29,573 bases of DNA from a virus. Lineage: Duplodnaviria; Caudoviricetes. The notes beneath the pieces were generated by a model, which saw only the letters and a program-made list of their open reading frames with translations, did not search any database and had not been told where the DNA came from. Positions 1-7,424 of the stretch are shown here, piece by piece (position 1 is the stretch's first letter; every line of letters begins with the position of its first letter). The translations under genes were made by a program, and so were the position numbers. The stretch lies in the IMG/VR virus record IMGVR_UViG_3300012347_000474, positions 1 through 29,573 of that record, one strand, 5' to 3'.

Positions 1-18
1 TCAATGCAGAGATTGAAT
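1..18. repeat. Terminal direct repeat (assembly overlap of circular genome), copy 1
   Basis: tcaatgcagagattgaat at 1-18 is identical to 29556-29573. Confidence 0.95.
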
Positions 19-376
19 TATCTACACTACCAGTATAGGTAGCAAGAGTAGAATCTTTTTCTAATTGTGATTGGGTGAATGCATTTAAGTTAGTATTATC
101 CCAACTACCTGATTGAGAACCAATGGTAGCGAACTTAGTATTTACTGAACCAGTATAAGTTGCAAGAGTTGCATCCTTATCTAATTGAGATTGAGTAAAT
201 GAGTTTAATGAGGTAAGGTCTTGTATGAAACTACCTGTATCTAAACTATCTACCAACGTATCTATTGTTGCTGTATTATACTCACGAAGAATCTGTGGAG
301 TAATCTCTTCCGTTGAATTATCTGGAAATGAACTCTGATTTAATTCTTCTAATTGTGCTTTTGTTAAAATCGGCAT
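1..376 (-). CDS. 5' part of the large virion fibre/decoration protein (continues across the join into 29573->27076; ~951 aa in total)
   Basis: Not in the ORF track. ATG at 376 gives MPILTKAQLEELNQSSFPDNSTEEITPQILREY... open to base 1. Codon 125 (TTG, 4-2) equals the TTG at 29559-29557 that starts the 827-aa ORF. Contains repeats LN(S/A/T)F(T/S)(Q/S)SQLxKD(A/S)TL. Confidence 0.85.
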   Translation of the reverse strand, partial: MPILTKAQLEELNQSSFPDNSTEEITPQILREYNTATIDTLVDSLDTGSFIQDLTSLNSFTQSQLDKDATLATYTGSVNTKFATIGSQSGSWDNTNLNAFTQSQLEKDSTLATYTGSVDNSISAL

Positions 377-391
377 ATGTCTATTATTTTA

Positions 392-688
392 TTATTCGTT
401 GTTTCTAAATCTCTTAAATCCTAATGAGAAACCATTTGAGAAACCAGGTGTGTTTCTTACACCACTACCTTGGATTACACCAATACCTTGTTCCATCAAA
501 GCTCCATTACAGCATCTTACGTGATAAGTGTTTTCATTCAAACACAAACATGCTCTACGTGAATTCTTCGGTGAGGATAAACCTTGTGTTGGACCAATAT
601 AAACACCACTATTATTCTCTCTATTGACAGAATAACGTAGATTCCCATTACGAGAATTGCTCCATTTTGAATTACTCCAGATTGCCAT
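392..688 (-). CDS. Small Cys-containing conserved phage protein, probably virion-associated
   Basis: Likely start ATG 688 (MAIWSNSKW), 20 nt below a TGTTATA promoter. Motifs SSPK..RRACLC...TY...CCNG.L..QGIG and C-terminal GFSNGFSLGF. Confidence 0.65.
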   Translation of the reverse strand: MAIWSNSKWSNSRNGNLRYSVNRENNSGVYIGPTQGLSSPKNSRRACLCLNENTYHVRCCNGALMEQGIGVIQGSGVRNTPGFSNGFSLGFKRFRNNE

Positions 689-707
689 ATAAAATCTTTC
701 TTTCAAT

Positions 708-714
708 TATAACA
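708..714 (-). promoter_or_regulatory. Phage late promoter motif TGTTATA
   Basis: Plus-strand TATAACA in an intergenic gap; one of seven such sites upstream of morphogenesis blocks. Confidence 0.65.
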
Positions 715-737
715 TTTTAGAAACAAAAAAGTATAGA

Positions 738-998
738 TTATCCTATACTCTTCATTGCTTCTTTATGTAATAAATTCTCCAATAGGTTTTTATCTGATTT
801 AAACGATAAGAATAATAAACATTGTTCTAATGGTAGAAGGGTTACTTCTTCCATTTTTTGTATATCTCCTCCTGCAAGCTCAACGATTGAGTTATAACCT
901 TTCCATTTTTTACCAAAATTGATTGCATGTTGGGAGGTATCTCCGTCATTATCGAAGAGTTCAGGATACCTTGGAGTAAGTCCCTCCACAAATTGATA
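738..998 (-). CDS. Tail assembly chaperone GT extension, reached by -1 frameshift
   Basis: The -1 frame relative to 842..1501 reads YQFVEGLTPRYPELF...KWKGYNSIVELAGGDI...CLLFLSF directly after a T9 run; no convincing start of its own. Confidence 0.7.
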   Translation of the reverse strand, partial: YQFVEGLTPRYPELFDNDGDTSQHAINFGKKWKGYNSIVELAGGDIQKMEEVTLLPLEQCLLFLSFKSDKNLLENLLHKEAMKSIG

Positions 999-1501
999 AA
1001 AAAAAACAGCGAACCAAAATGAACATCCATTGGAACTTTTAACCATTTATCACTTTCTTCTTCTCCAGTGTAAGGTTCTATGGTATATAAACCATTTTTC
1101 TTCATTGTAACTGGCCTGTATAAGATTGCCATTACCTTTTTCCAATTATCATCTATCTCTAACTTATCCCATTGTGATATATCCACATACGCACCATATG
1201 CCATTTTGGATAGATTAGGTTCGAATCCGTATTCTACACCATCGATAGTAATGAATCTCTCGAGAGGTAACTCATTTGGATTTTCAAACCCATTCAATTT
1301 CTCTTGTAATAAATTACGAGATTTCATTGTCAATCCCTTTTGTTCATCCCATTCCAACCCACATAGGTGGTATAAGGTTAATCCAAAGTGTGCATCGTTA
1401 TCACCTTCATAGTTCTTAATATCCTTTTGTAGATTAAGATATGATTTTAAGGTAACATCCTTCCAACTTGTGGGAACGTTAATGTGTATTTCTTGTTTCA
1501 T
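842..1501 (-). CDS. Tail assembly chaperone (gpG-like)
   Basis: 219-aa ORF with VPTSWKDVTL N-terminus, overlapped by a -1 frame ORF at a slippery site (G/GT architecture). Confidence 0.65.
   Translation of the reverse strand: MKQEIHINVPTSWKDVTLKSYLNLQKDIKNYEGDNDAHFGLTLYHLCGLEWDEQKGLTMKSRNLLQEKLNGFENPNELPLERFITIDGVEYGFEPNLSKMAYGAYVDISQWDKLEIDDNWKKVMAILYRPVTMKKNGLYTIEPYTGEEESDKWLKVPMDVHFGSLFFFINLWRDLLQGILNSSIMTEIPPNMQSILVKNGKVITQSLSLQEEIYKKWKK
998..1006 (-). promoter_or_regulatory. Programmed -1 ribosomal frameshift slippery site (T TTT TTT)
   Basis: CTG TTT TTT TTT ATC in the G frame; TGGAG-N7-CTCCA hairpin begins 9 nt downstream. Confidence 0.65.
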
Positions 1502-1502
1502 A

Positions 1503-1739
1503 TTAGTTATTACTTGGTTTTATAAATTGTTCTAAATGTTGAATATAATTGGTTGCCTTCTTTAAGGTTGCCTCTCTATTCTTTACCATTGAATCCATTG
1601 CAATTATCTTTGCTCTTAATTCTTCGTTTTCATTCATTATCTCAGCCATTGCCAATCTAATCTCTCTTATCTCATTCTTTGAGAATAAGGGTTTATCATC
1701 TTCGTTTATTGTATCCATATTATTTGATTGATATTGCAT
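1503..1739 (-). CDS. Small coiled-coil hypothetical protein
   Basis: 78-aa ORF between terL and chaperone with heptad pattern; start may be 1739 or 1715. Confidence 0.6.
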   Translation of the reverse strand: MQYQSNNMDTINEDDKPLFSKNEIREIRLAMAEIMNENEELRAKIIAMDSMVKNREATLKKATNYIQHLEQFIKPSNN

Positions 1740-2877
1740 AAGTTCCTTTTCTTTGTTCTTTAATAGATAATTTACTCATTGCAACGTATCTCATTGCATC
1801 TAATAAGTGGTCATCTATTCCTTCTGGTGTAGTAGTAACATAACCGAACTTATCAGTTGCATACTGATAACCATATATCTCATTAATTAAATTCTGTGAT
1901 TGTTTGTAGATATGTAGTTGATAATTCTGAACTACACCAATACCGAAAGAGATTGAGTTTGGTCCTTTCTTTACGGGTTTCGCATTGAATCCTGCTCTTA
2001 CTAACTCTTCTATTCTCATTGGTTCGGAGCTATCACAATAAATTTCTTCTCTTTCTATTCCTAATGCTTTCAATCTATTGATAATATCATTCATTACCAT
2101 TCCTCTATCGTATATCAGTTCTTCTACATAAAGATGTTGTCCGTTTTTATATACCGCAACCATTGCAGTTGGATCTTGTGAGAAACCCCAGTCCAATCCG
2201 AATCCAACAAACTCTGCATCCTTTACATCTTCTACAATATCGAATTGATAGATTGCCTTATCATTCGGAGCATATTCACCTTTTCCATAGATTAAGAATT
2301 TACGTGGGGAAGTAATTGCTAAATCCTCTATCGTCTTAATCATTTCAGCGGGCAAGAAGGGATTATCTCTGTATGTGGTTACATATCTATCACAATCGTT
2401 CATTTGTCTTAACCAATGGAAAGGAGAGATGGTGGGGTTGAATGCAAGAATGATTTGTCCTGTGGTTCTAATCTTTAATTGAAAGAATGATTCTTCATCT
2501 ATTTCTGATGCTTCATCTATAAAGAGAATATCTGATTTTAATCCTCTTAACTTATCTGCATCATCAGTATTAATAAACTGAACTAAAGAACCATTATCAA
2601 ACTGATAAGTTCTATCTGATATATTGAATCTATCTTCTACCCATATATCGATGAATTGCATTATATCCTTAAAATCCTTTATTAGAGTTCTTTTAAGGGA
2701 AGGTATTGTTCTTCTTACAATAGTAATCGTTTGCTTAGATTCAATCGATTTAACTATAAGATACTGAAGAATAGCATAGGTCTTACCACTACGTGTTCCA
2801 CCAATGTGTTGAGAGATACGATGTTTACTCTCCAGTAGATTCTGAAACGTCTGTGTTGTCTCTATGTTTACTATCAT
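1720..2877 (-). CDS. terL: Terminase large subunit (PBSX/Terminase_3 type)
   Basis: Walker A GGTRSGKT, Walker B ILFIDEA, FNP coupling motif, nuclease GLDWG and DHLLDAMRY. Confidence 0.95.
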   Translation of the reverse strand: MIVNIETTQTFQNLLESKHRISQHIGGTRSGKTYAILQYLIVKSIESKQTITIVRRTIPSLKRTLIKDFKDIMQFIDIWVEDRFNISDRTYQFDNGSLVQFINTDDADKLRGLKSDILFIDEASEIDEESFFQLKIRTTGQIILAFNPTISPFHWLRQMNDCDRYVTTYRDNPFLPAEMIKTIEDLAITSPRKFLIYGKGEYAPNDKAIYQFDIVEDVKDAEFVGFGLDWGFSQDPTAMVAVYKNGQHLYVEELIYDRGMVMNDIINRLKALGIEREEIYCDSSEPMRIEELVRAGFNAKPVKKGPNSISFGIGVVQNYQLHIYKQSQNLINEIYGYQYATDKFGYVTTTPEGIDDHLLDAMRYVAMSKLSIKEQRKGTYAISIK

Positions 2878-3166
2878 CGTTCTTTTTGATTTGTATAACT
2901 ACCTTCTCAATTCGTTGGTTTACATCTAATGTTCCATTCACATCAATCGATTTTAATTTAGGATAAGCATATTCCATTAACCTCATTGCTAATTCGAATG
3001 CTTTGATTGGTTCTTTCTTTCGTAACTTCTCTATATCCTGTTCTGCCCATGTGAGTGATTTATCTACAATCCTATTGATGATAGTCTTTGCCTCTTCCGT
3101 TACTTTGTTCGGTTGACCTTTTCTTCTACCATTTGGATTACCACTCTGTCCTTTTTGAAATGCCAT
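2825..3166 (-). CDS. terS: Terminase small subunit
   Basis: N-terminal FQKGQSGNPNGR motif, EYAYPKL motif, immediately upstream of and overlapping terL. Confidence 0.8.
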   Translation of the reverse strand: MAFQKGQSGNPNGRRKGQPNKVTEEAKTIINRIVDKSLTWAEQDIEKLRKKEPIKAFELAMRLMEYAYPKLKSIDVNGTLDVNQRIEKVVIQIKKNDDSKHRDNTDVSESTGE

Positions 3167-3193
3167 TGTATTTTGATTGTTATTTACAATATA

Positions 3194-3200
3194 TATAACA
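3194..3200 (-). promoter_or_regulatory. Phage late promoter motif TGTTATA upstream of terS
   Basis: Plus-strand TATAACA 28 nt from the terS ATG. Confidence 0.65.
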
Positions 3201-3257
3201 CCATTGCTTTATTTTGTAGTAGATGGTGTATATACATATATATTTTTAATCTCTATT

Positions 3258-3437
3258 TTAAAGGCTTGTTGTTTCATTGAAGTATTTGAATTCAATCGGC
3301 CCATCGTATTCACCATCACTTATAATTAAGAAATGATAATCTTCCGATGCACTATGGGTATTTAAGTAATTTCTAACTAAGTGTAGTTCCTCCGGTGGTG
3401 CATCTTTGGGGAATCTCATTATTATTAGTGGTTTCAT
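3258..3437 (-). CDS. Hypothetical protein, 59 aa (not in ORF track)
   Basis: MKPLIIMRFPKDAPPEELHLVRNYL...NETTSL; ATGA overlap with the upstream ORF. Confidence 0.65.
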   Translation of the reverse strand: MKPLIIMRFPKDAPPEELHLVRNYLNTHSASEDYHFLIISDGEYDGPIEFKYFNETTSL

Positions 3438-3592
3438 CTTATTTGTTTTAAGAGTTGTGATTGTAGTTCTGGATTAAAGAAGTGCAATATTATCATTAAG
3501 ATATCAAATGAGAGTGCTGTGAATATCCATAGGAATACTATTACTAACCATATATGGAATATCTTATCTACCAAAGGTGTTTTTCTTTTCAT
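3434..3592 (-). CDS. Small membrane protein, 52 aa (not in ORF track)
   Basis: MKRKTPLVDKIFHIWLVIVFLWIFTALSFDILMIILHFFNPELQSQLLKQIR; basic N-terminus then a long hydrophobic segment; fills the gap after 3601. Confidence 0.65.
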   Translation of the reverse strand: MKRKTPLVDKIFHIWLVIVFLWIFTALSFDILMIILHFFNPELQSQLLKQIR

Positions 3593-3600
3593 ATCTCTTA

Positions 3601-4068
3601 TTAGTAAAGGTCATCTAAGTGTCCATCGTAGGAATCTTCTTTATCTTTCATCTTTGCATAGTTCATATCCAATACCTTTTCATCGAAACTCTTTTTAACT
3701 TCTCTAAAGTAATATTGAAAATCTTCATCGTGGAATAATAAATCACCTAATCTTTTATAGTATTCTAAGGTTTCTTTTCGACTCATTTGAGACCATCTAC
3801 CATATTCTTCTCTGATTGTCTTCTTTTTCTCTACATAACGAAGATAGTGTTCATCACTTCTTGAATCTAACTTAATTACATTTACCTTAGTTTCTATGGT
3901 ATTGTATTCACTAATCTCTTTACCTGCTTTATGTTCTTCCTTTAATTTTTTCAGTTCATCCTTAACCTTTTGCATTCTTTTAGCAACTGTCTGTGGATAA
4001 TACCAATAGGTAGTTCCATTCTTAGTAGTTCTTAATTCTTTTACTGCAGTATTTCTTCTACTCCTCAT
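3601..4068 (-). CDS. Basic hypothetical protein
   Basis: 155-aa Lys/Glu-rich ORF overlapping the sigma gene stop. Confidence 0.65.
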   Translation of the reverse strand: MRSRRNTAVKELRTTKNGTTYWYYPQTVAKRMQKVKDELKKLKEEHKAGKEISEYNTIETKVNVIKLDSRSDEHYLRYVEKKKTIREEYGRWSQMSRKETLEYYKRLGDLLFHDEDFQYYFREVKKSFDEKVLDMNYAKMKDKEDSYDGHLDDLY

Positions 4069-4615
4069 TAAATGGGTTTTTAATAGTTTCTTTTAGATAA
4101 TCTCTAATACGTTTGATTGAGTTAAAGGTAGTGGATTTGCATATTCCGATTTTATTACTGATTTCAATCATATTATCATCTGACATATAATACATTGAGA
4201 AGAGTTGTGCTTGTGGGAAAAGACGTGTAGTGGATAATCGTTTCAATTCTTTCTGAACATTCTCAAACTCTTCCATTATTCTTTCATCTTGTTCCGTTGG
4301 ATAAACTTCATCTTCTCTATCCCACTTACCGATATTCTCTTCTAGTTGGATTCTTTTTGATTTGTTGATATGATTTATCCACCTGGTAGAAAGGAATCGA
4401 TGACAGTAAAGTAAATTGAAACTATCCTTATAATAAATGGAAGGTGTTCCCTTTTCCATTAGATACAAATATAAATCTGAAACCAAATCCTCTGATGAAT
4501 CTTTATTCTTTGTGATATTTAATGAACATTGCAATAACCAAAGATGATGTTTGGTATGTAGAACCTTCATTCTTTCAATCAACTCATTCTGATTTACACT
4601 ACCCTTATCAATCAT
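4058..4615 (-). CDS. Phage RNA polymerase sigma factor (ECF/sigma70 region 2 + region 4)
   Basis: Region 2-like SEDLVSDLYLYL; C-terminal HTH MIEISNKIGICKSTTFNSIKRIRDYLK; 185 aa. Confidence 0.85.
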   Translation of the reverse strand: MIDKGSVNQNELIERMKVLHTKHHLWLLQCSLNITKNKDSSEDLVSDLYLYLMEKGTPSIYYKDSFNLLYCHRFLSTRWINHINKSKRIQLEENIGKWDREDEVYPTEQDERIMEEFENVQKELKRLSTTRLFPQAQLFSMYYMSDDNMIEISNKIGICKSTTFNSIKRIRDYLKETIKNPFNEE

Positions 4616-4839
4616 TAAGCATTCTCCTTTATAAAATTGTTGATTGTATTGACAGCCTCAACCCAATAACGAGCAGATGATTGACATGCACAAGGTTGGA
4701 TAGTATTGGTTTTACTTATCCTTTGATACCAATTCCATACTGGTCCCATTTGTTCTTCTGGAATATTATGGTAAATGGAACTCATCACGTCTTTTAGATG
4801 AGTCCATTCTTCGGGTGTGAATATTTCTTGATAATTCAT
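4615..4839 (-). CDS. Small Cys-motif protein
   Basis: 74 aa with QPCACQSS motif; coupled to the sigma gene by TAATG. Confidence 0.65.
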   Translation of the reverse strand: MNYQEIFTPEEWTHLKDVMSSIYHNIPEEQMGPVWNWYQRISKTNTIQPCACQSSARYWVEAVNTINNFIKENA

Positions 4840-4840
4840 A

Positions 4841-5050
4841 TTACTTTAATGTGACAGGTTTATCTAAATCTAAAAATTCTTTTACATCTTCGAAATAAGG
4901 ATTCTTATCTGATATCCCAAATCCTAAACTCGCAAGGATTTTCACCAAATCATTTACATTACTCAACTTTGAAAAATTGATGTAATAAAAGATTTCTTCT
5001 TCTTTTTTAATTTGGAAGTCTAAACTTCCTGAGGTTGCTTCTAAACTCAT
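4841..5050 (-). CDS. Hypothetical protein
   Basis: 69-aa ORF tightly packed in the operon. Confidence 0.6.
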   Translation of the reverse strand: MSLEATSGSLDFQIKKEEEIFYYINFSKLSNVNDLVKILASLGFGISDKNPYFEDVKEFLDLDKPVTLK

Positions 5051-5071
5051 AATTGTTTGTTTTATTGTTAG

Positions 5072-5284
5072 TTAAAATAATTTTACTTCATTACACTTAC
5101 CATCATACTCTGGATTAGTTAATCGATTCAGAAATTGTTTTCTCTCACAACATCCACACGATTTTAATCCCAATATATCAACTGCATACCAATGAGAGAT
5201 GCGTGTCCCGTAACCAAGAGTTAGGACGTGTATAAGTGATTCAACGTAATCACCAATCTTAATATGTTTCAAAAATTCTTTCAT
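5072..5284 (-). CDS. Small Cys-motif protein (GD...CGCxxRKxxLN type)
   Basis: IGDYVESLIH...SCGCCERKQFLN. Confidence 0.65.
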   Translation of the reverse strand: MKEFLKHIKIGDYVESLIHVLTLGYGTRISHWYAVDILGLKSCGCCERKQFLNRLTNPEYDGKCNEVKLF

Positions 5285-5285
5285 C

Positions 5286-5882
5286 TTAGTTCTTTTTCTT
5301 TTTAGTAATTCTTGGCAATCCTAACTTCTCTCTTACTGAATCACTTCTTAAATCAAATTTAGTGAAATCATCAATGATACCATTATTACAATCCTTTATC
5401 GCAGGTTTACCATTTTCTCTTGTTGCTACTTTGTTTTTAATAACTCTGTAAACTGAAATTATATTGCAATTCCATTTTTCTGCTACCTTTTGAAAAGAAC
5501 CTAAATCTAAATAATCTTTGATTAACTCATCTCTATGGTCTCTGATAATCATACCAAAAGTTTCCAATTGATACTTTTTGTGATTGTTACTTGATGTAAT
5601 CAGTTGTAGATTTTCTAAACTATTGTTTGATGTGTCTGAATTCTTATGATCAATTTCCATACCTGCTGGTATTTCACCTGCAAAAGTTTCCCATATAATT
5701 CTGTGGATATAATGTAACTTTCCTTTAGGAGTTTCTGGACTGAATAAACGAACTTGATAATAACCTTTTTTACTCTGTGTTGCTCTCTGTGGTTTAAGAA
5801 CCTTTGGATTAGTTCTTTTTTTTGAGATTACTAATCCATTAGTTGTAATCTCATAATCTGTGTAATTGTTAAATTGTGCCAT
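5286..5882 (-). CDS. HNH homing endonuclease (NUMOD4-like N-terminus, HNH_3, C-terminal HTH)
   Basis: YEITTNGLVIS; HRIIWETFAGEIPAGMEIDHKNSDTSNNSLENL; SFQKVAEKWNCNIISVYRVI. Confidence 0.88.
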   Translation of the reverse strand: MAQFNNYTDYEITTNGLVISKKRTNPKVLKPQRATQSKKGYYQVRLFSPETPKGKLHYIHRIIWETFAGEIPAGMEIDHKNSDTSNNSLENLQLITSSNNHKKYQLETFGMIIRDHRDELIKDYLDLGSFQKVAEKWNCNIISVYRVIKNKVATRENGKPAIKDCNNGIIDDFTKFDLRSDSVREKLGLPRITKKKKN

Positions 5883-5942
5883 AATAAATTTGTCTTTGTT
5901 TAATAATAAATATACGTTTTTTAAATTTTCAAAAATTATTGA

Positions 5943-6644
5943 TTATTTGTCTTTATGAATCATAATTGATTGTTCTATTGCTCTGATATGATTCTTCTTT
6001 ACTGATTCATCCCATTGTAGAATTTCTGATATTCTATCTAATCCACCACAATCTTGTAAATCTTCTAAAGCATCTCTATGTAATTTAGTATCTTCATATT
6101 GTAGTATTTCATCTAATATCTTTTCTATTATATTAGTATTAATAGTATTATTATCTTTATCTTTATCTTTAATAATATCTTCTTCTTGAAATTTATCTTT
6201 ATCCTTCTCTTGTTCTTTAACCCTATCATAAGGGTTATTTAACTCTTCAATAAGGGTTATAGAAGGGTTATTTAATCCTTTACTAATGGTTGGTAAAGTA
6301 TTATCATTAGGTTTGATAATATTATGAGATAGAAGTAATTCTCTAGCAGATACTACTGCAGGTTGTTTAGATGTGAAGAAATTCTTATACTGAAATGTAA
6401 TAAACTTTGGAATAAACCATCTATTATTATCAGTAGGATATATTCTATCTTTCAGATAATAAAATATTTCTTCTTCAGTAGTTTCAACTCCAGTTTGGAA
6501 TTTAAGTAATTTTAGATTTACTTTGTAAACACCAGCATGGTCACACATATCTAATATATACAACCATACTAATTTCATGTTCGGTGATAATTCACTAAAC
6601 CATTCATCATTCCACTTTGTGGAGTCTGTCATTCTTTTTGCCAT
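5943..6644 (-). CDS. Replication initiator / replisome organiser-like protein
   Basis: N-terminal winged-helix-like MAKRMTDSTKWNDEWF..L...KLVWLYILDMCDHAG; low-complexity linker with DKDKDK; internal nucleotide repeats as in lambda O-type genes. Confidence 0.7.
   Translation of the reverse strand: MAKRMTDSTKWNDEWFSELSPNMKLVWLYILDMCDHAGVYKVNLKLLKFQTGVETTEEEIFYYLKDRIYPTDNNRWFIPKFITFQYKNFFTSKQPAVVSARELLLSHNIIKPNDNTLPTISKGLNNPSITLIEELNNPYDRVKEQEKDKDKFQEEDIIKDKDKDNNTINTNIIEKILDEILQYEDTKLHRDALEDLQDCGGLDRISEILQWDESVKKNHIRAIEQSIMIHKDK
6218..6275. repeat. Iteron-like repeats, putative replication origin within rep
   Basis: AAGGGTTAT at 6230, 6252 and 6263 (AAGGGTTATTTAA twice) plus inverted TAACCCT at 6218. 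Confidence 0.6.
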
Positions 6645-6674
6645 TTTAATCCTTTGTTTTTAGTTTAATAAATG

Positions 6675-6706
6675 TAAAGATACGAAATTAATTTGATATA
6701 TCCAAA
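6675..6706 (-). promoter_or_regulatory. Bacteroidota primary-sigma promoter driving the rep/early operon
   Basis: TTTG-N20-TATCTTTA; consensus is TTTG-N19-21-TAnnTTTG (one mismatch). Confidence 0.75.
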
Positions 6707-6789
6707 TTATATCACATATTCTTTACTACACAGCTATACATATATAGTTTTTGCAAAAACGCTAAAAAAGTTAAGGTTTTTTACAAAAA

Positions 6790-6880
6790 AAAACAAAAAA
6801 CCCCAAATCTAAAAGAAATGGGGTTTCTGCGTGTATATTAAAACAAAGGATAAAAATAAGATTGGCAAATCCTATCTATC
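6790..6880 (-). ncRNA. Candidate small RNA complementary to the rep translation initiation region
   Basis: Bounded by two intrinsic terminators; hairpin TAGGATT-TGCC-AATCTTA; ATCCTTTGTTTT is the perfect complement of rep leader AAAACAAAGGAT. Confidence 0.5.
6795..6826 (-). terminator. Rho-independent terminator
   Basis: Minus strand AAACCCCA-TTTCTTTTAGATT-TGGGGTTT followed by T tracts. Confidence 0.8.
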
Positions 6881-6914
6881 CCTTATACATACAAGGAAAT
6901 TCAGAAAACTGCAT

Positions 6915-6941
6915 AAAAAAACCGATAACTAATATCGGTTT
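6915..6941 (-). terminator. Rho-independent terminator overlapping the bS21 stop codon
   Basis: Minus strand AAACCGATA-TTAGT-TATCGGTTT-TTTT; the TAG stop lies in the loop. Confidence 0.7.
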
Positions 6942-7147
6942 CTTAATCTCTCTATCTCTACTTCCAACTTATTTTTTCTTAATGCTTTTTGTTTTACCAA
7001 CCTACGTTTTGTGGTTGGTTTTGTATATTCTTTACGTTCTCTTAATTCTAACAGATGACCTGATTCTTCTACTTTACGTTTGAATACTTTTAATGCCTTA
7101 CCAATATCGCCATTTCTGACTTCTACTGATACTCTTGATAATCCCAT
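6929..7147 (-). CDS. rpsU: Phage-encoded 30S ribosomal protein bS21
   Basis: V.VRNGDIGKALKVFKRKV..SG.L.ELRERKEY.KPTTKRR...KA signature, 72 aa, highly basic. Confidence 0.93.
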   Translation of the reverse strand: MGLSRVSVEVRNGDIGKALKVFKRKVEESGHLLELRERKEYTKPTTKRRLVKQKALRKNKLEVEIERLRNRY

Positions 7148-7151
7148 AACT

Positions 7152-7424
7152 TTATTTATTTTGTTGTAAATACTTTATTTCAGTTCGAAGGGTTGCAACC
7201 TCTTCTACTAATTTTATAATTTGAGTTCTTAATTCTTCTTTCTCTTTTGATGATTCTAACAATAAAGCTTCTAATTTAGAGATTCTACTTTGACAATCGT
7301 GTCTGATAAAAGAATCTTCTTCATCCTTTTTCATTGAACGTTTTTCTAAATATCTCCAAACGCTTGTTCCGGTTAGTGCTCCTATTAAAGTAACTAGGAC
7401 AGTATATATATTATCCATACTCAT
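7152..7424 (-). CDS. Membrane-anchored coiled-coil protein (holin- or i-spanin-like)
   Basis: N-terminal hydrophobic helix IYTVLVTLIGALTGTSVW then a long heptad coil with one Cys. Confidence 0.55.
   Translation of the reverse strand: MSMDNIYTVLVTLIGALTGTSVWRYLEKRSMKKDEEDSFIRHDCQSRISKLEALLLESSKEKEELRTQIIKLVEEVATLRTEIKYLQQNK

Noticed and set aside
999-1046. Independent start for the 102-aa ORF at 1046
   Set aside because: The segment upstream of the T9 run looks non-protein-like and lies deep inside the G ORF; frameshift entry explains it better
6645-6928. tRNA, tmRNA or riboswitch in the largest intergenic region
   Set aside because: No cloverleaf, TpsiC motif or known aptamer pattern visible
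6862-7083. Plus-strand 73-aa hydrophobic ORF with a TTG start and upstream AAAGGA
   Set aside because: Antisense to bS21; its hydrophobicity mirrors Lys/Arg/Glu codons; it crosses a terminator hairpin; no plus-strand promoter seen. The AAAGGA is better explained as the complement of the candidate sRNA.
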